This document shows, piece by piece, positions 24,278 through 35,254 of a DNA stretch of 42,217 bases. The stretch is from Callorhinchus milii (lineage: Eukaryota). The stretch spans positions 1 through 42,217 of the forward strand of contig NW_024705469.1 in assembly GCF_018977255.1 (NCBI RefSeq). The letters are read 5' to 3'. A program made the position numbers and the translations under genes. Under the pieces are notes generated by a model. The model saw only the letters and a list, made by a program, of their open reading frames with translations. It was not told the origin of the DNA and made no database searches. Each line of letters begins with the position of its first letter. Within the stretch, counting starts at the first letter, position 1.

Positions 24278-25084
24278 TATCTCGGCCTCGCTGTGCGCTG
24301 CGTTGTACCGCTAGTCGAGTAGATAACCATGTGTTCAATAAACCCTTGGAGCCAGGATGACCGTCCAACTCCGATCGTCATTTATTGATTGTAACAGGTA
24401 AAACTGGTGAGAAAACACAGATACAGCATCTGTTATAATTCGGAAACACCCACACAATGAACACCACAGCATCAGAACATTGTCTCAGATAACAATAGAT
24501 CCTGGAAGGACCAGGCCCCCACATTACCCCTGAACAACTAGACAAAGGCACAAGCTGATGCGTTGCATACAGGCATAGTGTATTCATCCCACTGCACCCC
24601 AAATGTACAGCATTACACTTAACACTAAACTGTGGATGAGATACTTCGTCATCACTCTCAGGATCGCAACATAGGCACAAGTCTGACTCGACCTACTAAA
24701 TCACAAGTAACATCCACAATAAGGAAAGTCACAGGCTTCGTTACTAACTAGGCCTCGTATTTACTACAACAACTTAACGGCACCATAAAGGCATTTACAT
24801 TGCTATAACGGTCATTCCAACATTACAACAGCATTTCCAATATTAGAGGAATATAAACAACTTACAGATAATGCTTCTTAAGCTCCCACAATGGACAAGT
24901 GCGGCTGTGGTCTCACTGAGATGCGATGCGTGCCGCCATCTTGACTTATCTGAGTAATGGCTGACGCCCGCGTGGTACAGTGGAAATCTAACATCGTCAC
25001 TTCCTGGTCACGTGACCAACATTAGCATCAAAAAACAGGAACTTCCTGTTAACGTACGCTCCCCATCTGCCGTGAGGCAAGACA
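24278..25084 (-). repeat. 3' LTR of BEL/Pao element
   Basis: Direct repeat of 30753-31559 with about 7 substitutions by eye. Minus-strand termini TGTC...GATA. Confidence 0.95.
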
Positions 25085-25094
25085 CTCCCCGTCT
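25085..25094 (-). promoter_or_regulatory. Polypurine tract of BEL/Pao element
   Basis: Minus strand AGACGGGGAG directly abuts the TG of the 3' LTR. Confidence 0.7.
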
Positions 25095-25164
25095 GGTATC
25101 TAGGAGATACCACCATTTATTTCCTATCTCATAAACAAGTGTATAACAACTTCAACGGGTCGAC

Positions 25165-27166
25165 TTATTTGTCCATATCTTTGCGAGAGAGAAGTAGTAC
25201 TATCTCGACTATGGGCCTGATGAAAGTTCTTGCGACACCTTGCTTCGCAATCATAACCTCGACCTTTCGAACTTTTCCATCGGCACTTGGAATCGACTTG
25301 AGGATGCGGCCCATTGGCCACTCATTCCGTTTGGCTTGGTTGTCCTTCAGTAGGACGAGGTCGCCTTCTTGGATGTCTGGTCTATTAGACTGCCACTTGT
25401 TGCGCACTTGGAGTGTCGTAAGGTACTCGTTTTTCCAGCGACGCCAGAACGTGTTCGCGAAGCTCTGCACTTGTCTCCATTGACGTCTGTAGAGGTCTGC
25501 AGTGCTGGCCTCCTCGGTAGGTGCTGTGAGCACATCTGTCTTCTGGGTAAGAAGTGTAGCAGGAGTCAAGATGAATGGTGACTCCGGGTCGGTTGAGACG
25601 GGATCAGGGGTCTTGAGTTAATTATGGCTGAGACCTCGGCCATGAGAGTGGTCAAGACCTCGTGAGAGAGCCGTGTGGACCCGACATCACATAGCATGGA
25701 GTCGAGAATGCGTCGAGCAATCCCGATCATGCGTTCCCAGGCTCCACCCATGTGCGAAGAGTGGGGAGGATTGAAGATCCATGTGCAGCCTTGGTCACTA
25801 AGGTATTTCCTGACAGAATAATCTTCGACATTCTCCGTATTGATCTTAAGCTCTTTACATGCTCCTATGAAATTGGTTCCACAATCAGAACGGAGTTGCT
25901 TGGCTGGCCCTCTGATGGCGAAGAATCTCCGGAGTGCATTTATAAAGCTCGAAGAGTCCATGGACTCGATGACTTCGATGTGCACTGCTCGTGTACTCAT
26001 ACAGGTGAACAGCACTGCCCAACGTTTGCTGTTCGCGAGCCCTCCTCTGGTGCGGCGGGAGATGACTGTCCACGGTCCGAACACGTCGATCCCTACAGAG
26101 GTGAAGGGAGGTTCCACACTGAGTCGATCGGCTGGGAGGTCTGCCATTTTCTGTTCTTCCTGTTTTCCACGTAGCTTGCGACACCGGATACACTTGTGGA
26201 TTGTGCTGGCGATGCACCTCTTTGCTCCAACGATCCACAGCCCTGCAGATCGGATTGCTCCTTCTGTGAAGTGCCGACCTTGGTGCTTGACCTTCTCGTG
26301 GTAGTGGCGCACGAGTAAGATTGCGATGTGGCTCTGGCTTGGGATTATGAGGGGGTTTCGTTCATTCTCATCTAATTTTGCATTCCCTAGCCGACCACCG
26401 ATCCTGAGCAAGTCGTCTTTGTCCATCCCGGGGTTTAGCTTCCTGAGGGTGCTGACCCTAGGAAGGTCTTCTCCCTTGTTGATGGCCTTGATCTCACTTG
26501 CATAAGCTGCCTGTTGCACACAGCGGAAGATTGATTTCCTTGCTCTGGAAAGCTCGTCTTCAGTGCGTGGCACTGTGCAGTAATGCCATCCATTGCAGCT
26601 ACCAGTGGTGCCTCTCATCGGGCGATGGAAGCAGTCTGCGATATGCGTTAAATGTGCTATCGCTCGCACGAGCGTCGTCCATTTCGAGAAATGTTCAAAA
26701 TGGTGTGGACTCAGTGGACTTCTTGGTCGCACATTTGTTACGAAAGTTGTCACTTGAGGACGAATCTCCTTGTCGGACTCGGGCTCTATGAGTCCAAAGG
26801 TCTCCTTGGTAGTACATGGGCCACCGTCACGTCGTAACAGGAACGCTGGACCCGTCAGCCAGATGGTTTGATTCAGCAGAGATGCAGGGACGGACCTAGT
26901 TGCGAGATCTGCTGGATTCTGGTCAGTTGGAACGTAATTCCATTGCTCCGGCTGCGTCGATCTCCTGATGCGCTCCACCCGGTTGCTGATGTAGGTGTAG
27001 AACCTTCTGGTTTGGTTGTTTATGTAGCCTAGTACGACCTTACTGTCCGTGTAGAACTTGACCGCGTCCAGTTTGACGTCAAATTCGTCTAAGATCAGTT
27101 CCGCCACCTCTGTAGCAAGAACGCTCCACACAGCTCGAGCCTTGGGATGGTATGTTCCGGTTGTGG
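25165..27166 (-). pseudogene. BEL/Pao RNase H C-terminal part and integrase (two apparent 1-bp frameshifts, ~27121 and ~25600)
   Basis: TIPRLELCG, FYTDSKVVLGYI, NPADLATR, HYH..H..CIRC, GIDVFGP, RSDCGTNF, GGAWER and C-terminal FWRRWKNEYL..W. Confidence 0.9.
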
Positions 27167-30100
27167 GGCCTTGCCGTGGAACTCCTTCCAGGATTCCCAC
27201 TCGGACGACAGCTCCGGGTCTAGGAACGGAGAGGCCACGGCCGCAGCAACCACCGCCACGACCACCAGCAGAGCGACGAGCAGCGGCTTCACCTTAGTCT
27301 TCTTCCCGTCAGTCAGGACTGGCTTGGAGAAACGTGGAGGAACAAACTCCAGCGAAGACGGTGGATGTACAAGCGAAGTCGTGGTGGTTTCTTCGTAAGT
27401 CTGCACGGTACAGCCTTGACTTCTCTCGCCGAGTTTCTCTTTCAGCGTGAAGTGGTTGGGGCACGGTTTGAAGAGCGACGTGCGTCCATTCGTGAGCACA
27501 CTCGTTCTGAATGTGCTAATGTGGTCTGGTTTGTGTGTTCCATCGAGACAAACGTCACCTACGATGACCCATCCTAGGTCGAGTCTCTGGGCGTAGGGAG
27601 CGTCGTGAGGTCCATTGCGTTGGTCGCGAACCTTGTGGACTCTCAGCATGTCCCTGCCGAGCAGAAGTAAAATCTGTGCCGCGTGATCCAATGGCGGGAT
27701 GAACTCTGCTATGGGTTTCAGGTGTGGGTGGTGACGTGCAACTTCGGGCGTGGGAATCTCACTCCTGTCGTCCGGTATCTCGTTGCACTCTGTCACCGTA
27801 GGAAGGGCTAGCTTCATGGTGCTATCTATGGTTTCCACCATGAGGCCGCTCGCTCTTCTTCCCGCTGTCTCCATCAGTCCTGAGCATGTTCTGAGCGTGT
27901 ATGGAAAGGAATTCCCACCTACACTTAGCTGATCAAAGAACTCTGACCTTGCCAAAGACCTGTTGCTCTGGTCGTCCATTATGGCGTACATCCTTACTGC
28001 CCTTTCAGGATGTCCTTTGGGATAGACTCGGACGAGGCATATCTTTGAGCAAGATCTTCCTTTGAAGCCTTCTCCACAGACTTCTGTGCATTTGGTTGTG
28101 ATTGACGAAGTGAGTGCGGCGGTCTCGCCTTGCTCCCCGCCGTGCTCTGCTTCGGGATCGGAAGCCTTAGTGCTACTGGGTTTCGAGTAAAATGTGTGCA
28201 GAGCAGTTGCGTGTTTGTCGCTGCCACATTCCTCGCACTTGATATCTGCCTTGCAATTCCTTGCAAGGTGGTTTGTAGAAGCACAGCATTTGAAGCACAC
28301 TCCAAATTCTTTCAGCATGTTCTTCCGCTCTTCCAATGGCTTCCTCCTGAACTCACGGCATTTCTGGAGGGAGTGAGGTTTATCATGCAATGGGCATTGC
28401 TTCTCTGGATCCTCTATCTTTTTCTTTGTGGTGGTTGCCTGGACGGAGTTTGCGAATGTCGTAGGAGAGACCTCAGTCTTGTGTACGGAAATTGGCACTC
28501 TCGCTGTTCCTCGTTTCGCCATTGCTCTTTCCATTTTTGGGAGATCTGGACTGGAAATCCCCGTGGTGCCAAACATGAAACTCGGGTCATTTCTAGTCTT
28601 AGCCAGGTTGCGGATAAACTTTGAGAAAAAAGAGAATGGGGGGAATGCAACCTGATGCTCTGACTTGTATCTTGAACCCGCTGTTCTCCATTTTTCCTGC
28701 ACGTCAAATGGCAATTTCTCTACGATGGGGTTCACGCCATGGTAGGTATTCAAGAAAATGAGACCTGGTAAGTAGGGATCAGCCTGGGCTGATTCAAGCT
28801 CCATCAAAAGATCTCCAAGCTCCCGTAACCTTTTATTGTCTCGACCAGAGATTTTTGGAAAGTTCTGCAACTTCTTGAAGAGAGCCTTCTCAATGGTTTC
28901 TGGGCTACCATAGCACTCCTCGAGCCTCTCCCACACCGCATGCAGGCTTGAGGCGGGGTCGTCAATGTTTGCTGACCGGATCCTCTTTGCGTACTCTGCA
29001 GATTCATTTCCTAACCATTTCACCAACAGGTCGAGTTCTTCACTTGCAGAGATGTCTGCATTTCGGATTGCATTCCTGAAGGTAGATCTCCAGGCTCGAT
29101 AGTTCTCAGAGTGGTCATCAAACTTAACGAGTCCTGTGTTGATTAGTTCGCGGTGAGCCAGGTACCTAGCAAAGTCTCCTAGTCCTGCTGATCCAGGGTG
29201 TGTCCATACTGGCGCTTGTGAGGTGGCATTATTTGCTGTATTGCCTTGCATGCCGTCATTTGCGATGGCGTTGGACTGTGGGCCCAAAGGGTTTCGATCA
29301 CGTTGGTTGGATCCCCTTATGTGACTGTCTGGAATGTGGGTCTGACTTGGTGCATCCACGTCTGACCCCACGTGCGCGACGCTGAGTTGGCGACTAACTG
29401 CCAGGGCGGGATATGCATTTCCACCATTCCTGTAGACAGCATTCATGTTCATTCGGTGTGGAGATGGCGATGCCTGAACGTCCACCCTTTGTTCAGTATG
29501 GTTTGGTGGAGGAGCATTGATGCATTGTTCAGACCAGTCCAAAATATTTTTTCTGGTGAGTTGATCACGGTCCTTGACAGGTATCTGCGTGCCAAACTCA
29601 CTCCAATTCTCTTCCTTATCCAGGTTGGCTGCTGCTTCGAGCACCTCTGCCTGGGCCCTTGCAGCAGCTGCTTCCCTTTTGAGTTGTAGGGTGCTTAACT
29701 TAGCATCCAGCTCAATTTTCTTCCGTGTGGCAGTAGCTGCTAATGTACTCTCTTCTTCTTGTATGCGAGCCTTTTCAATTAGCATGGCTTCCTCTTCAGC
29801 CATGTAGGCAATACGGGCGTTTGCTGCTTCTGCTGCTGCGCGTGCCTGAGCTGCTGCCATACTAGTAGATGATGTCTTTGAGTGTGCTGAGGCTTTAGAT
29901 CTTGTGGTGGACCTGGATGAGACGGAGTGCTGAGATCCTGTCTCTCTTAAGCCATCCACACGGTCCATTGCATCTTGTATCACTGCCTGCACATTATCAT
30001 CGAGCAGTTCAAGGAAGTGCTCTTGTCTGCGCACTCCCTCAATGCCCTCATTTGTTTTCACCTTCATCAGGAGGGAGATGTATCTATTTGCCAGGAGCTT

Positions 30101-30391
30101 GTAGCTTGAGCTGCTCACATTCACTCGCTGGATGGCCCGCTGAATTGAGGCCACTGTGTCTGAGGCATTTGAAGCTTCAGATAAATCTGCTTCAACCCGG
30201 TTCCATGCCCGTTGTATCCTGGCATCCAGGTCCTGTTTCTCAGCCTCATAGCTTTCCAAGGCCCGTTGCGTCAACCTGACCTCCCTCTGGGGCCTTGAAC
30301 TCCCTTGGTCCTCTTGAGGCAGGATGGGAGATCCTGGATTGCTTGGTTCACCTTCTTCAGCATCTCTCCCTGCTGAACTGTGTCTTTCCAT
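27095..30391 (-). CDS. Open 1098-aa BEL/Pao Gag-protease ORF fused to a cathepsin-like segment
   Basis: Uninterrupted ORF with coiled-coil N-terminus, gag core, CPLH..H..C / CFKC..H..C / CEEC..H..H knuckles and protease MDDQSNRSL. No RT motifs follow. Confidence 0.85.
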   Translation of the reverse strand: MERHSSAGRDAEEGEPSNPGSPILPQEDQGSSRPQREVRLTQRALESYEAEKQDLDARIQRAWNRVEADLSEASNASDTVASIQRAIQRVNVSSSSYKLLANRYISLLMKVKTNEGIEGVRRQEHFLELLDDNVQAVIQDAMDRVDGLRETGSQHSVSSRSTTRSKASAHSKTSSTSMAAAQARAAAEAANARIAYMAEEEAMLIEKARIQEEESTLAATATRKKIELDAKLSTLQLKREAAAARAQAEVLEAAANLDKEENWSEFGTQIPVKDRDQLTRKNILDWSEQCINAPPPNHTEQRVDVQASPSPHRMNMNAVYRNGGNAYPALAVSRQLSVAHVGSDVDAPSQTHIPDSHIRGSNQRDRNPLGPQSNAIANDGMQGNTANNATSQAPVWTHPGSAGLGDFARYLAHRELINTGLVKFDDHSENYRAWRSTFRNAIRNADISASEELDLLVKWLGNESAEYAKRIRSANIDDPASSLHAVWERLEECYGSPETIEKALFKKLQNFPKISGRDNKRLRELGDLLMELESAQADPYLPGLIFLNTYHGVNPIVEKLPFDVQEKWRTAGSRYKSEHQVAFPPFSFFSKFIRNLAKTRNDPSFMFGTTGISSPDLPKMERAMAKRGTARVPISVHKTEVSPTTFANSVQATTTKKKIEDPEKQCPLHDKPHSLQKCREFRRKPLEERKNMLKEFGVCFKCCASTNHLARNCKADIKCEECGSDKHATALHTFYSKPSSTKASDPEAEHGGEQGETAALTSSITTKCTEVCGEGFKGRSCSKICLVRVYPKGHPERAVRMYAIMDDQSNRSLARSEFFDQLSVGGNSFPYTLRTCSGLMETAGRRASGLMVETIDSTMKLALPTVTECNEIPDDRSEIPTPEVARHHPHLKPIAEFIPPLDHAAQILLLLGRDMLRVHKVRDQRNGPHDAPYAQRLDLGWVIVGDVCLDGTHKPDHISTFRTSVLTNGRTSLFKPCPNHFTLKEKLGERSQGCTVQTYEETTTTSLVHPPSSLEFVPPRFSKPVLTDGKKTKVKPLLVALLVVVAVVAAAVASPFLDPELSSEWESWKEFHGKAPQPEHTIPRLELCGAFLLQRWRN
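27167..27292 (-). other. Captured fragment resembling the N-terminus of a cathepsin L-like (papain family C1A) preproprotein
   Basis: VKPLLVALLVVVAVVAAAVASPFLDPELSSEWESWKEFHGKA reads as a signal peptide followed by LD..L..EW..WK..HGK, the start of the I29 propeptide. Confidence 0.8.
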
Positions 30392-30542
30392 GCTGTGATG
30401 CTTGCAGCACGATTTTAATGTAGACTCGTTGCAGAGCTCCTTGCTTGCTGCAGGCTGACTGCTTGAGAGCTGGTTGCTTGCTGCAGGCTGACTGTTTGAG
30501 AGCTGGCTGCAGAGCTGGCTGCAGAGTTGACTTCAGAGCTTC

Positions 30543-30752
30543 TTGGGAGCTTTAAGAAGAGTATCTTTTTACTTGGCTGCAGAGAGCTGGCTGCAGCACT
30601 GGTTGAGAGCTTCAGAAAGAATATATTTTTACTTGGCTGCAGAGAGCTGGCTGCAGCACTGGTTGAGAGCTTCAGGAAGAATATCTTTTTACTTGGCTGC
30701 AGAGAGCTGGCTGCAGCACTGGTTGGGAGCTTCAGGAAGAATATCTTTTTAC
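30543..30752 (-). repeat. 60-bp tandem repeat (3.5 copies) at the BEL 5' LTR / leader junction
   Basis: Minus-strand unit GTAAAAAGATATTCTTCCTGAAGCTC(C/T)CAACCAGTGCTGCAGCCAGCTCTCTGCAGCCAA. The first copy starts exactly at the LTR end. Confidence 0.95.
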
Positions 30753-31559
30753 TATCTCGGCCTCGCTGTGCGCTGCGTTGCACCGCTAGTCGAGTAGATA
30801 ACCATGTGTTCAATAAACCCTCGGAGCCAGGATGACCGTCCAACTCCGATCGTCATTTATTGATTGTAACAGGTAAAACTGGTGAGAAAACACAGATACA
30901 GCATCTGTTATAATTCGGAAACACCCACACAATGAACACCACAGCATCAGAACATTGTCTCAGATAACAATAGATCCTGGAAGGACCAGGCCCCCACATT
31001 ACCCCTGAACAACTGGACAAAGGCACAAGCTGATGCGTTGCATACAGGCACAGTGTATTCATCCCACTGCACCCCAAATGTACAGCATTACACTTAACAC
31101 TAAACTGTGGATGAGATACTTCGTCATCACTCTCAGGATCGCAACATAGGCACAAGTCTGACTCGACCTACTAAATCACAAGTAACATCCACAATAAGGA
31201 AAGTCACAGGCTTCGTTACTAACTAGGCCTCGTATTTACTACAACAACTTAACGGCACCATAAAGGCATTTACATTGCTATAACGGTCATTCCAACATTA
31301 CAACAGCATTTCCAATATTAGAGGAATATAAACAACTTACAGATAATGCTTCTTAAGCTCCCACAATGGATAAGTGCGGCTGTGGTCTCACTGAGATGCG
31401 ATGCGTGCCGCAATCTTGACTTATCTGAGTAATGGCTGAAGCCCGCGTGGTACAGTGGAAATCTAACATCGTCACTTCCTGGTCACGTGACCAACATTAG
31501 CATCAAAAAACAGGAACTTCCTGTTAACGTACGCTCCCCATCTGCCGTGAGGCAAGACA
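30753..31559 (-). repeat. 5' LTR of BEL/Pao element
   Basis: Duplicate of 24278-25084, upstream of the gag ATG at 30391. Confidence 0.95.
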
Positions 31560-32489
31560 TTACTCGTAAATCGTAATTCCCGTATTTCACTGAATGTAAT
31601 GGCAATAGTTACATAAAAATGACACCTTTAAATTACAATATCATACGCAGAGCTTAAATGTATTTACTTTTACATAGTTTCACGTGGTTAAAGTGAAAAT
31701 TCGGTAAGAAAACAATAGAATTCGGAGTAAAAAAAACGTAAAAACATTTAAGAACTACATTAAAACCATATTTAGATATTTGCAAGACAGTGATGTTTTT
31801 CAAGAAAATAAAAAAAGACTAAAATAAAAAATTGTATTTAAGTAATATTTCTAATCATGTATCAAGAAACGTAGCATTCCCCCCTAATTCATGTTTTAAA
31901 TTGTCAATTTCTCTATTTAGTTATCAGATAGTTATATAATCAATAATTGTCCTACATGTAAGTTTATTATCAATTTTAATCATAGAATAATATGTAATAT
32001 CGTTGTAAAGTACTTAAATGTAATATTTCTTAGATTGTACAAATTTGTTTTGTAAAATATTTCTACATTGAATTACAACATTATTAGTAACGGAGCGGAA
32101 GCCTTTTAATATTTTCTTCCTTCTTTTCCTTTAATTACTACTTAATAAAAAAAGAGTCATTGATATAGGTTCACAAATACTAATTACCACCATATTTGAC
32201 AAAATCAGCGACGAAACAAACACCAGTAGCGACGAAAACAACGGCGCGTGCTTGTAGCGCGTGCAGACGAAACCACGTGATTCGAAGCGTCATTGTAATT
32301 GGGTAACAATGACAGCTTTGACCTGAACGCATTCGAAGGTTCAAAAAGTAATTTGAGTTTTTATTGATACAGTACATGTAAGCTGGGCTTACGAAAAAAA
32401 ATGTTGTTGTTATAATTACAGGGATAATTTTTAGAAAAAGTTATAAATTTCTGCTGAAACACTGCAACAAAAATTTGACAGACAGTCAT

Positions 32490-32562
32490 TTTGGTGTCAC
32501 CCCCTCTGATGGTGTCACCCGGTGCGGTCCGTACCCCGCACACCCCCCTAGTGACGCCACTG
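32490..32562. mobile_element. Terminal fragment of a hAT-like non-autonomous element
   Basis: Ends TAGTGACGCCACTG (reverse complement CAGTGGCGTCACTA) with subterminal GGTGTCACCC repeats. Partner end not found. Confidence 0.4.
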
Positions 32563-32619
32563 GCATAATCATCGCAAACTCCAGTGGGAATTAACTGCAG
32601 CCTGTAATCAAATAACCTC

Positions 32620-33030
32620 ATAAAACAATCCATAATTTAGTTTTTTTAGTTAGATCGCGTGAATATGAACGTGTCGTTAAAACACACCACCACCTGACAC
32701 AGCCAATTAGGAAGGTTTGTCACGTAAACAAAACATGCCAGTTCGTTACTAGTACAGCACACCGGTGTGTTAAGGAGTAACCCCACAACATTTACGATTT
32801 GAGTGTGACGTTTCGCCAGTGATTACAACCAGCATTATCACGCGACAGCCAGAGTTATGGAGAAATCCTTCTATTCATATTCTTTGGATCTTTTGGTAAA
32901 GTCACGTAGATTGGTTGAAAGAAAATAACAAAAACAACAAAAAACTACGACGTTTCGAACGAAAGACCCAAAGAATATGAATTCCTGCCGTCACGAAAGC
33001 TTTCAGTCAAGAAATCCTCCCGTTTCATAA
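32620..33030 (-). mobile_element. Penelope-like family A copy interrupted by a family B insert (32872-33009)
   Basis: Reverse copy of family A. The insert resembles 17925-18288 and is bounded by AGAAATCCT(T/C)C at 32861 and 33010. Confidence 0.65.
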
Positions 33031-34974
33031 AACAAATCTGAAAAAAATGAGAGTACTCACACTGTACCCAATTGCATGAGACCTGCCGATCGACTAACAT
33101 TGGTGCATCCATGTATACTGCTGGGTGGTAAGAGTTCGACAAATGTGCCCATTGTTTCAACTGCCGCACAGGAAGATCGAATCAGACCGGGCTGACCTCT
33201 GCATTTGCAAATCCAGCTCGCTAACCAGGACCCCGGAGAAAAAATATGACACAAAACAACAGCAACTAATGATAGCTCAAGAGTGGGGCTCTCCCTCGGG
33301 TTGCACGCTGGTTCTCTTGAGGTGTTTGCGGAAACTCCCGTAGGTTGTTTCTCTTCCAGTGACATGGAACATTTGCTTCGTTCTCAACGGAAAAGGCCAC
33401 CCTCAATGCTTGCCTTCCCACCCACCCCCGGCCCACCCACTTCCTACTTTTGGCCTTCTGCTTCAACATCCCCCCCCATCACTACCCTGATTATCAACCT
33501 GCCTTAATATCACAAATAGATTACATTTATATTTTTCCGACATTGATTTATCTTATCAGTTATTCTCAACTTGCTTTTGGAAAGTCAATGCAAGTCCATT
33601 GTCCTTCTGGGTGATTGAATTAATAATTATTATTTATGTACAAAGGAAAGACTCAATTTCAGGAGGGGGGTTGGGTCCCGCTTTGGGATGTTTGGCCAAC
33701 ACCGATAACATTCTATATTTTTAGCATTGGGAGGAAACCCATACAGAACAGGGCAAAACACAGAAACTCAACACAGAAAGACGCCCCGAGTCGGGAATTA
33801 AACTCAGATCCTTCTTGTTGTGAGGAAAAACTTTACTATATAGCGTACCACTTAGCACGTTGGTCAACGGTGGTTATGCTAAAGAGTGACTGAGAATGTG
33901 GCCTTTCCACCACTGGCTCACCAATTAAATTGAGCACCGATCCACTCATGCCCCTGAGCATGGAAACACTTTCGCTTAATTTGGAGTTCGCATGTTCTCT
34001 CCGTGGTGGCATGAATTTTCCTCCAGGCCCTCCCTACACGTTAAGAAACATGTGTTTTAGAGTATGTCGCTGCTACTATATATCCCCACGTACGATAGCC
34101 ACTTTGATGAACTATCATGGGTGGCCTCTGAACAAAAACATATCAACTAATAACTCAGTGCGGTTTACCGGCAAATATAATAGTTGTATAGTTTAATGTT
34201 TTCTAAATGTCATCACTCAATCACCTCTTTGCCCTGCTCAACAATGAGTTAAATACCGAAAAAAGTGCTACCGTTTGTACCACATTAGTATCGCGGCTTC
34301 CGGAATGCGACAATGGTCATTTTCTTTGCACGGCCTTACAATGGTGGAAGCGTCTGTAGGAACAATGCTGGGCGCTGAATAATATAAAGGGGTTCTCCAG
34401 CAGTTGGCCTGTCATCGTTGTTTCTCAGGAACACTATATATTTTTTTCTTGCTATGAAAGCACGGTTCATGTTATTACTAGAGATATTGAGCCTTGGGGA
34501 TACATGGAGTTGCTTAAAATTAACGTCAATGCTGGGAGGATAGATGGTTATTTGCGTATTTTTTTATTTGTGGTGGGCCTGTTTAAAAATATATTACTAT
34601 TAATATAGAACTTGTTTGAATGTATTGGGGTTAATTTAAACGAGGGCCCGAATCGGTCTTAATAAAATACAGTTTGACTTGTTATTTATGGACAAAGTAA
34701 CATTTTATTTTTATTTATAAGATGTTCTATATTTATCTATAACTGGGAGATAATGGCATGTTGCCAGGTAATGACTCAGACATCATATGTTCCATATCCT
34801 CTACAAAAGTAGTAATGAGGCTAAGGAAAAACAACATTTATCACAAAACTAATACAATTATTGCATAAATCTAGTAAAGTAGAAGCCTCTTGAAAACGTA
34901 TTGAGACACAGTGAGGCTTTCTCGGAATAACAAATAAATTATCATTACGATACCAATTGGTGATGCTGCCATGA

Positions 34975-35160
34975 TGTAACGGTTAGCACAGCTGGACTTG
35001 CAATCTCGAGGGTTCCTGTTTGATCTCCCGGCATGGCAGTTGAAACAATAGGGGAGTTTCTTGAATTTCCCCTCCTCTGCCTCTGAACAATTATCGTTAT
35101 AAACTAGTTCTCCAACGAGTAGGCAATCGGCAGGCTGCATGTGTTGGGGAAGATAGTGGA
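34975..35160 (+). mobile_element. Degenerate tRNA-derived SINE
   Basis: tRNA-like head (GGTTAGC..GACTTGCAATC..GGGTT..), similar to the reverse copy at 37560-37745. Confidence 0.4.
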
Positions 35161-35254
35161 GTACTCTTACCCCTTCCAAGAAGTCTGGCGAGTGTGTAAG
35201 AGAAGGCCAAAATCCCCTTAGTGGAGCTCTAAAAAGCTCCTTGTTGTGGAGGCT

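Larger units (their letters stand above)
24278..31559 (-). mobile_element. BEL/Pao LTR retrotransposon lacking RT, with captured host fragment
   Basis: Two 807-bp LTRs, PPT, Pao-type gag with three Cys/His knuckles, protease DDQSNRS, TIPRLEL motif and DDE integrase. Confidence 0.95.

Noticed and set aside
24378..24680. Identical 100-aa ORF duplicated at 30853-31155
   Set aside because: It lies inside the two LTRs, so identity reflects LTR duplication. No recognisable domain.
27167..27292. Functional cathepsin gene exon at this locus
   Set aside because: No ATG, no splice donor after HGK, no other cathepsin exons in the window, and it is embedded between Pao pol segments.
30543..30752. CRISPR-like array
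   Set aside because: The units are contiguous near-identical 60-mers with no unique spacers, there are no cas genes, and the context is a eukaryotic retrotransposon.
30415..30843. Repeat-protein ORFs on both strands
   Set aside because: These are by-products of a 60-bp (multiple of three) tandem repeat in the element leader.
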